Assembly: GCF_900182565.1 (NCBI RefSeq)
Contig: NZ_FXTI01000001.1
Location: 478,316 to 542,315, forward strand
DNA from: Melghirimyces algeriensis
GTDB lineage: Bacteria; Bacillota; Bacilli; Thermoactinomycetales; DSM-45169
Direction: 5' to 3'
Length of the DNA stretch: 64,000 bases
Shown one piece after another: positions 58,431 through 64,000 of this stretch (positions are counted from its first letter, which is position 1; every line of letters begins with the position of its first letter). Both the position numbers and the translations under genes were made by a program. The notes beneath the pieces are model-generated. The model worked only from the letters and a program-made list of their open reading frames with translations, was not told where the DNA came from and ran no database searches.

Positions 58431-60011
58431 TTAAAGGTCGATTGCAGTCACTCGATGGATTTCATCCAATGCCTCCAATGACTCCAATAACGTTTCTGAA
58501 ACTTGTTTATCCACATGTAACATCATAATCGCCCGTCCGCCGATGTTTTTCCTGCCAACCTGCATAGTGGCAATATTTACGCCGTGGTCGCCCAGAATGG
58601 TTCCTACACGGCCGATTGCACCGGGACGGTCATAGTGATGGATCAATAGCAGGTGACCTTCTGGTTGGACATCGACCGGATATTGATCAATTTTTACAAT
58701 TCTTGTCCCCAAGCCATTTAGGAGGGTACCGGACACTATAAACTCTCCTTGATCGGTTCGAATCCCCACATGGATAAGATGTGTAAAGCCGTGGCTTTGG
58801 GAAGTTTTTTGCTCAGTTACCTTGATGCCCCGTTCCTTGGCCAAATAGGGAGCACTGACGTAGTTCACATCAGACAAATAGTGGGACAGTGTTCCTTTCA
58901 GGATGATTCTGCTGAGTGGAGCGGTGTCCATTTCAGCCAGTTCTCCGGAAAAGGTAATGGTTATTTCCTCCAGAGCTCCTTCAGCCGATTGAATAGAGAA
59001 GCTGCCCAGCCTTTCGGCCAAGATTTGGTAGGGACGGAGTTTTTCTTGAAGTTCCGCCGGTATAGAAGGTAAATTAACGGCATTTTTAAACGGTTCATCC
59101 CGGAGGATGTGAAGAATCTCTTGGGAAACATCGATGGCTACATTTTCTTGAGCTTCGCGAGTGGACGCTCCCAGATGAGGAGTGGCGATCACTTGTGGAA
59201 GGGTGAACAATGGATGCTCACCGGGTGGCTCGGTTTCAAAGACATCAAGTGCAGCCCCAGCGACCTTTCCACTCTGGATCGCATCAAACAAGGCATTTTC
59301 ATCAATGATTCCGCCCCGCGCACAGTTGAGTATACGGACACCGTTTTTCATCTGGCTGAAGGCTTTTGCATCGATCAGATGCCGGGTTTCCTTTGTAAGG
59401 GGAGTGTGAACCGTAATGAAGTCGGATGCAGCGATGACATGATCCAGTGATGCTTTTTGTACACCGATTTTTTTTGCCCGATCTTCTGTGAGATAGGGAT
59501 CAAAAGCCATGACATTCATGTGAAAAGCCCTAGCCCGTTTGGCAAGCTCTGTTCCGATTCTACCCAGGCCGAGAATACCGAGCGTTTTGTTGTTTAATTC
59601 CACTCCGACATACGCTTTTCGGTTCCATTCTCCCCGAACGATGGATCGGTATCCCTGGGGAATGTTTCGAGCCAACGAAATCAACATGGCAAAGGTATGC
59701 TCCGCAGTGGAAATGGTATTGCCATCCGGGGCATTTACGACGATGATTCCCTGGGCAGTGGCAGCGGGAATATCGATGTTATCCACTCCCACCCCAGCAC
59801 GTCCGATCACCTTTAGTTTTTTGGCATGTTGGATAAGCTCGGCGGTTACCTGGGTCTGACTGCGGACGATTAAGGCGTCTGCATCAGCGATTTCAGTCAG
59901 TAGCTCTTCTTTGGATAAATCGGTTTTTTGAACGACCTTTACATCGGTTGCATCCAACAACTGTTCAATTCCCAGCTTGCTGAGAGGGTCAGTGATCAAT
60001 ACGCGAAACAC
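58431..60011 (-). CDS. serA: D-3-phosphoglycerate dehydrogenase with a C-terminal ACT domain
   Basis: High similarity to B. subtilis SerA (KVIGRAGVGVDNIDIPAATAQGIIVVNAPDGNTISTAEHTFAM). GTG start at 60011 (VFRVLITD) after GAGGAGGAA. The track ORF extends spuriously to 60083. Confidence 0.85.
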   Translation of the reverse strand: MFRVLITDPLSKLGIEQLLDATDVKVVQKTDLSKEELLTEIADADALIVRSQTQVTAELIQHAKKLKVIGRAGVGVDNIDIPAATAQGIIVVNAPDGNTISTAEHTFAMLISLARNIPQGYRSIVRGEWNRKAYVGVELNNKTLGILGLGRIGTELAKRARAFHMNVMAFDPYLTEDRAKKIGVQKASLDHVIAASDFITVHTPLTKETRHLIDAKAFSQMKNGVRILNCARGGIIDENALFDAIQSGKVAGAALDVFETEPPGEHPLFTLPQVIATPHLGASTREAQENVAIDVSQEILHILRDEPFKNAVNLPSIPAELQEKLRPYQILAERLGSFSIQSAEGALEEITITFSGELAEMDTAPLSRIILKGTLSHYLSDVNYVSAPYLAKERGIKVTEQKTSQSHGFTHLIHVGIRTDQGEFIVSGTLLNGLGTRIVKIDQYPVDVQPEGHLLLIHHYDRPGAIGRVGTILGDHGVNIATMQVGRKNIGGRAIMMLHVDKQVSETLLESLEALDEIHRVTAIDL

Positions 60012-61152
60012 GAATCCATTCCTCCTCTGCTGCTTTGGTGCCGGCTCCGGTTTCAACCGGGGCGCCGATCCGTGCCAGTGCAACTTCTAATGCGGATAAA
60101 GCGGTCAGTACATCCAATGGATCGGCATAACCCATGTGTCCAATACGGAAGATTTTCCCCTTCAAATGTTGCTGTCCACCGGCCACTCGCAATCCAAGAT
60201 ATCGGAGTTCTGAACGCAAGCTTTCGACGGACCACTGTTCTCCACCCATAATGGATGTCACCGTTGGGGAAGCATCTCGGTGGTTCGCCAGCAACTCTAG
60301 ACCAAGGGCTTTAACGCCTGCACGTGCCATGTCTCGCATCAAGCGATGGCGATGAAAGACATGCTCCAGGCCTTCTTCCTCCAACATATCAAGAACTTCC
60401 TCCAATCCAAACAGTAGGGAAACTGCCGGAGTGAATGGAGTGGTGGATTGTTCCAGACTGTTTTGGTATTTGCGAAAATCCAAGTAAAAGCGTGGATGGG
60501 AGTTGGATTGAATTGTTGTCCAGGCTCGCTCGCCAACAGCCGCAAAAGAGAGACCGGCGGGTAACATCAATGCTTTCTGCGAACCGGAGACCAGTATATC
60601 AACCCCCCACTCATCCAGACCCGCCGGAACACCACCGATACAGCTGACTCCATCCACGATGGTTAAGGCATCCGTATGTTCCCGGATCGTTTCGGCTAGT
60701 GTTTTAATGGGATTTAAAACGCCTGTGGATGTTTCGCAATAGGTGAGAAAGACGGCTTTGATTTTGGGATGTTTTTTCAAAAAGGTTTTTAATTCTTCTG
60801 GATGGCACGCCTTTCCCCATTCAATATCCAAGCGATGGGTTTGAACATTCATGGAATTGAGGATTTTGGCAAAACGATCCCCGAAAGCTCCAGTTACAAT
60901 AACTGCTGCTTCATCGCCTTCAGTCAGGGTGTTGGCTGCAGCGGCTTCCAAGGCGGATGTACCACTTCCAGTCAAAATCAGTACGGGATTTTGAGTTCCA
61001 AACACCGGTCCAAGGCGAAGACTCAGATTGTGTACAAGTTTGGAACAATCCGGGTCGCGATGACCGATCATCGGTCGATTCATCGCCTGCTGAACCCGAG
61101 GGGGAATCGGTGTGGGTCCAGGGATTTGAAGACGAAATTTGTCTTTTAACAC
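59989..61152 (-). CDS. Class V (AGXT-family) aminotransferase, a candidate phosphoserine aminotransferase forming an operon with serA
   Basis: PLP-lysine motif SGSQKALMLPAG. GTG start at 61152 after GAGGAGGAGAG; the track ORF extends spuriously to 61245. It overlaps the serA start by 23 nt. Confidence 0.7.
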   Translation of the reverse strand: MLKDKFRLQIPGPTPIPPRVQQAMNRPMIGHRDPDCSKLVHNLSLRLGPVFGTQNPVLILTGSGTSALEAAAANTLTEGDEAAVIVTGAFGDRFAKILNSMNVQTHRLDIEWGKACHPEELKTFLKKHPKIKAVFLTYCETSTGVLNPIKTLAETIREHTDALTIVDGVSCIGGVPAGLDEWGVDILVSGSQKALMLPAGLSFAAVGERAWTTIQSNSHPRFYLDFRKYQNSLEQSTTPFTPAVSLLFGLEEVLDMLEEEGLEHVFHRHRLMRDMARAGVKALGLELLANHRDASPTVTSIMGGEQWSVESLRSELRYLGLRVAGGQQHLKGKIFRIGHMGYADPLDVLTALSALEVALARIGAPVETGAGTKAAEEEWIRVSRIDH

Positions 61153-61182
61153 GGTTTCTCTCCTCCTCTGTAAAATGTAAAA

Positions 61183-61465
61183 AAGCCTTTCATCCCACAC
61201 CACTGTCCAGCGGTGAGGGACGAAAGGCCGTGTTGCCACCCTCATTCACTCCGACCTCACAGCCGGAGTCTCATTGGGTCTATTGAAGACCCTGGGATAA
61301 CGGTTCACCGATTCGACCTACTGTGATTCAGCCGAATGACTCAGGAGTGCTCCGCAGCGGTTGGAACACCGATTCGCAGCTACCATCGGCTCTCTGCAGT
61401 TCCGTTTTTCGCCACTTGGCTCCGTCATTGTCTTTTCCTGATCAGTATTTCAAAAAAGATTGTAA
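61183..61465 (-). ncRNA. T-box riboswitch leader (candidate serine-specific) upstream of the aminotransferase-serA operon
   Basis: On the minus strand there is an AGAGAG AG-box, the T-box sequence AATGAGGGTGGCAACACGG, and a terminator GCCTTTCGTCCCTCACC...GGTGTGGGATGAAAGGC + T6 immediately before the aminotransferase RBS. A TTGACA -35 element lies about 290 nt upstream. Confidence 0.55.
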
Positions 61466-61647
61466 TCACTCTAACACGTTAAAGTTATGGGTGTCAACCG
61501 GGAAGGCATTGAAAAATTGTAATCGATTGATTCGGTTTCCTATTGGATATGAAAGAGGCCCATATTTTTAATCCAGCCGTTCCGGGTATCCAATGTGGTG
61601 AATATACCTATGTTTGAGTAACTATGTAAAAGAGAGGATGAGACTGT

Positions 61648-64000
61648 TTGAACCGGAAAAGAAGAAGGAAGCGCACTCTGTCTCGTACATTTCAGCCCGA
61701 AGACGAATGGCTCCTTGACCAGATTACCCGGGAAGAACAACAGGAACTCCATTCCAACCAGTCGGTGGATCATACGGATAAAAATGAAAAAAAAGATCCG
61801 GGAAAAAACCCCTCTGTTTCCGAAGATATTGCAAAGTTAAAAAGAAACCGAGTTGGGGGCCGTTCTGAAAAACCGTTTATTTACACTGGAGATATTGTAG
61901 ACCGGTCGATCACGCATGAAAAGTTGGAAAACAACTGTGTGGACAGTTCCAGCATCCGAACAGGAGCTGTGGAAGGCAAGCATCTCAAAAAAGAGAGCGT
62001 GAATACTTCCAAACTTTCCCGTCATGCGGTTACATCGTCCAAACTGGCAGATAAAGCGGTAAAAAGACATCATCTTTCCGATGGATGTGTCGGATCGGAG
62101 CAAATTGAAAAAGAAGCAATCAAAGGTGATCATTTTGCCGACAATAGCATTGAAGGAGATTGTTTAAAAGACAGCAGTGTGGACAGCCACAAGTTGAAAG
62201 ATCGCTCCATCCATGCATGGCATATTGCACCGGAACAGATCCAAGAAGAACATCTGGAAAATACAGCCATTACTGCGGACAAGATCAAAAGTGGATCGAT
62301 CACCACCCATCATTTAGCGAATGAAGCCATCAATCAATCCAAACTGGCCAGCAAAGCTGTCGCTACTGAAAACCTGCAAAATCGAGCGGTGACAGACCAA
62401 AAATTGGCTGAAGGTGCCATCGACAGCAAACATATTCGTTCCGGGAGCATCGGGGAGGAACATCTGGAAGATTCATCCGTACACTCCCATCATCTGCATC
62501 ACAACAGTGTAACGGAAAAAAAGTTGGCACCCAATTCAGTTGGAAGTTCAACCATCAAGAAAAAATCCATCCGAGAAGAACACTTGCTTCCTCAGGCAGT
62601 GAAAGAGGAACATATTCGGGATGGTGCAGTCACACGAAACAAAGTGGCGCCACGTTCCATCCAATCCAAGATGCTTGATTTGGGAAGTATCCGGCCGGAA
62701 CATCTGACTGATCAGGTGATTCGAGAGCAGCATCTCGGCATGCAATGTCTGGACAGTCGGCATATTCAAAACAATGCCGTAAAGGAACAGCACCTTTCCG
62801 AGAATGCGATCACTGGCAACAAACTGGTTGACCATTCCGTAACCACTTCCAAACTTTCTCCAGAATGTGTATCTACAGACAAAATGATCGACCTGTCGGT
62901 TACCACCTCCAAGTTGGCTGATGAATCCGTTACGGAGGATAAACTCTCTCCCCAGAGTGTGGGAGAACGGCAACTGCGGAAAGAGTCTGTTGCCTCTTAT
63001 CACTTGCAGCATCATATTGTGCAAAATCAACATTTAGACATCAATGCCGTCACATCGGAAAAAATCATGAATGAATCCATCTGCTCCCGTCACATCCAAG
63101 CCAACCAGATCTCAGGGAAACATGTGGCTGAAAAAAACATCTCCAACAACCATCTTTGCTCCGGAAGTGTTCATGGGGAACAGATTGCCGAAAAAGCTGT
63201 CAAAAGAGAGCACTTGGCCGACCAATCGGTTGATTCGGAGCATGTGGCTGAAGGTGCTATTGATTCTAGGCACCTTCGAAAAGGGAGCATTAATCAGGCT
63301 CATCTTACAGAGAAGTCGGTTTCATCCAATCATCTCGGAGATACAGTGATTCAGAATCATCATATAGAAAATCATTCTATCACCTCAGAAAAAATCGCTG
63401 ATGGGTCCATCCAACCGGAAAAACTGTCCTTTAATCCATCCTCATTATTTAGTGCCACCGTTCGTTCCGGTGTAACTCCTTTTACGATCAGCAGAGAAGA
63501 GCCGGAAATTTTAATCACAATTCCCTTGGATAAACCTTTTCCTGACTCCCATTTTGTTCCTGTGGCGATGACCGATCAACCTTCCTGCCAGATTCATTTG
63601 GAAAACCGGGTTAGCAATGCCTTTACCCTTCGGATTCAGTTGCTGGACTCACAGACCGGATCTACGGTTTTAGGGTTTCTGTTTTGGATTGCTGTTCCTT
63701 GCCAAACGGATGCATCTCAGTCTCGGAATGTAGCAGTAATCGAGCCTTTGAAACAAAAGGAAGAAGATTTACATGAGTCATTAAAGAGGGAGGATGATGG
63801 GGAGAAGGCCATCATTCCAAAGACGGATGTGGAAAGTGAGGAAACAAACGAAGTCCCTCTGAACCATTCTCCTTTGTCCAGTGTTCAGATCGAGGAAGAT
63901 CCCACTTCAATGGATGGAGCAGAAGGAGACGACGAAACCACCCAGGAAGAAGAAACCGAAGGGGAAAAAACCTTGGATGACTTTTTGCACAATGAAAAAA
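61648..64000 (+). CDS. Large tandem-repeat protein, 5' partial view (at least 784 codons, no stop before the window end): about 103 consecutive 5-residue units with a 10-residue superperiod [H/K]-[L/I]-x-x-x-[S/A]-[V/I]-x-x-x, followed by a non-repetitive domain and an acidic tail
   Basis: Manual translation from TTG 61648 (RBS AGAGAGGATGAG; an in-frame TGA lies 9 nt upstream) stays open to position 64000. The frame was verified at anchors 61921, 63067 and 63961. Repeats are conserved at the protein level and diverged at the DNA level. The ORF is absent from the track because no in-window stop exists. Confidence 0.6.
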   Translation, partial: MNRKRRRKRTLSRTFQPEDEWLLDQITREEQQELHSNQSVDHTDKNEKKDPGKNPSVSEDIAKLKRNRVGGRSEKPFIYTGDIVDRSITHEKLENNCVDSSSIRTGAVEGKHLKKESVNTSKLSRHAVTSSKLADKAVKRHHLSDGCVGSEQIEKEAIKGDHFADNSIEGDCLKDSSVDSHKLKDRSIHAWHIAPEQIQEEHLENTAITADKIKSGSITTHHLANEAINQSKLASKAVATENLQNRAVTDQKLAEGAIDSKHIRSGSIGEEHLEDSSVHSHHLHHNSVTEKKLAPNSVGSSTIKKKSIREEHLLPQAVKEEHIRDGAVTRNKVAPRSIQSKMLDLGSIRPEHLTDQVIREQHLGMQCLDSRHIQNNAVKEQHLSENAITGNKLVDHSVTTSKLSPECVSTDKMIDLSVTTSKLADESVTEDKLSPQSVGERQLRKESVASYHLQHHIVQNQHLDINAVTSEKIMNESICSRHIQANQISGKHVAEKNISNNHLCSGSVHGEQIAEKAVKREHLADQSVDSEHVAEGAIDSRHLRKGSINQAHLTEKSVSSNHLGDTVIQNHHIENHSITSEKIADGSIQPEKLSFNPSSLFSATVRSGVTPFTISREEPEILITIPLDKPFPDSHFVPVAMTDQPSCQIHLENRVSNAFTLRIQLLDSQTGSTVLGFLFWIAVPCQTDASQSRNVAVIEPLKQKEEDLHESLKREDDGEKAIIPKTDVESEETNEVPLNHSPLSSVQIEEDPTSMDGAEGDDETTQEEETEGEKTLDDFLHNEK

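Noticed and set aside
58749-59450. Several plus-strand ORFs of 75-113 aa
   Set aside because: They are antisense to serA, which has near-full-length similarity to B. subtilis SerA, so they are shadow ORFs.
60802-61571. Plus-strand ORFs 60802-61149, 60957-61286 and 61323-61571
   Set aside because: They overlap the aminotransferase gene and the T-box leader on the opposite strand. They have no RBS and Ser/Arg-rich junk translations.
61837-63303. Minus-strand ORFs 61837-62133, 62363-62551, 62548-63033 and 63112-63303, and plus-strand ORF 63071-63349
   Set aside because: All lie within or antisense to the long repeat-protein frame. Only that frame shows persistent periodicity and remains open across 2.3 kb.
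1-64000. CRISPR arrays, transposases, integrases, phage genes, or defence systems such as restriction-modification or toxin-antitoxin pairs
   Set aside because: No short direct repeats with unique spacers and no transposase, integrase or phage-like ORFs were seen. Gene content is core metabolism and sporulation, syntenic with B. subtilis. The only hint of a mobile element is the tRNA-like scar reported above.

Overview
This window is a mostly plus-strand, largely housekeeping chromosomal segment of an endospore-forming Bacillales bacterium. It is largely syntenic with the B. subtilis bkd...yqj...spoIIA/spoVA...rib...res region, with several departures from the B. subtilis layout.

Gene content, in order:
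- bkdR (sigma-54 activator), then a sigma-54 promoter driving ldh-lpdV-bkdAA-bkdAB-bkdB. The ptb and buk genes found in B. subtilis are absent.
- A CarD/CdnL-like regulator, then a GntR regulator followed by two tandem EamA transporters.
- Two small hydrophobic peptide genes on the minus strand.
- A split methylmalonyl-CoA mutase, methylmalonyl-CoA epimerase and a PccB-like carboxyltransferase.
- An M20 peptidase and a conserved hypothetical protein.
- nudF translationally coupled to an EndoQ-like (YqxK) PHP nuclease.
- spoIIM, fur, ald and a small membrane protein.
- deoB, two tandem purine nucleoside phosphorylases, pdp.
- A LysR regulator with a convergent NADP oxidoreductase.
- A strong promoter followed by tRNA-like relics, then an SPFH/band-7 protein.
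- dacF-spoIIAA-spoIIAB-sigF, then a reduced spoVA operon (AA, AB, AEB, AEA only).
- A lysine riboswitch in front of lysA, a coiled-coil M23 peptidase, ctaA.
- An FMN riboswitch in front of ribD-ribE-ribBA-ribH.
- scpA-scpB, ytfI/ytfJ-like genes, dacB-spmA-spmB, rluB.
- resB-resC-resD-resE, with no resA.
- On the minus strand: an SDR oxidoreductase, serA and a class V aminotransferase, preceded by a T-box leader.

The most unusual element is a long plus-strand ORF with no stop codon inside the window (61648 to at least 64000), so it is absent from the ORF track. It encodes about 100 consecutive five-residue units with a ten-residue superperiod and a His ladder, and is truncated by the window edge.

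No CRISPR array, transposase or integrase was found.
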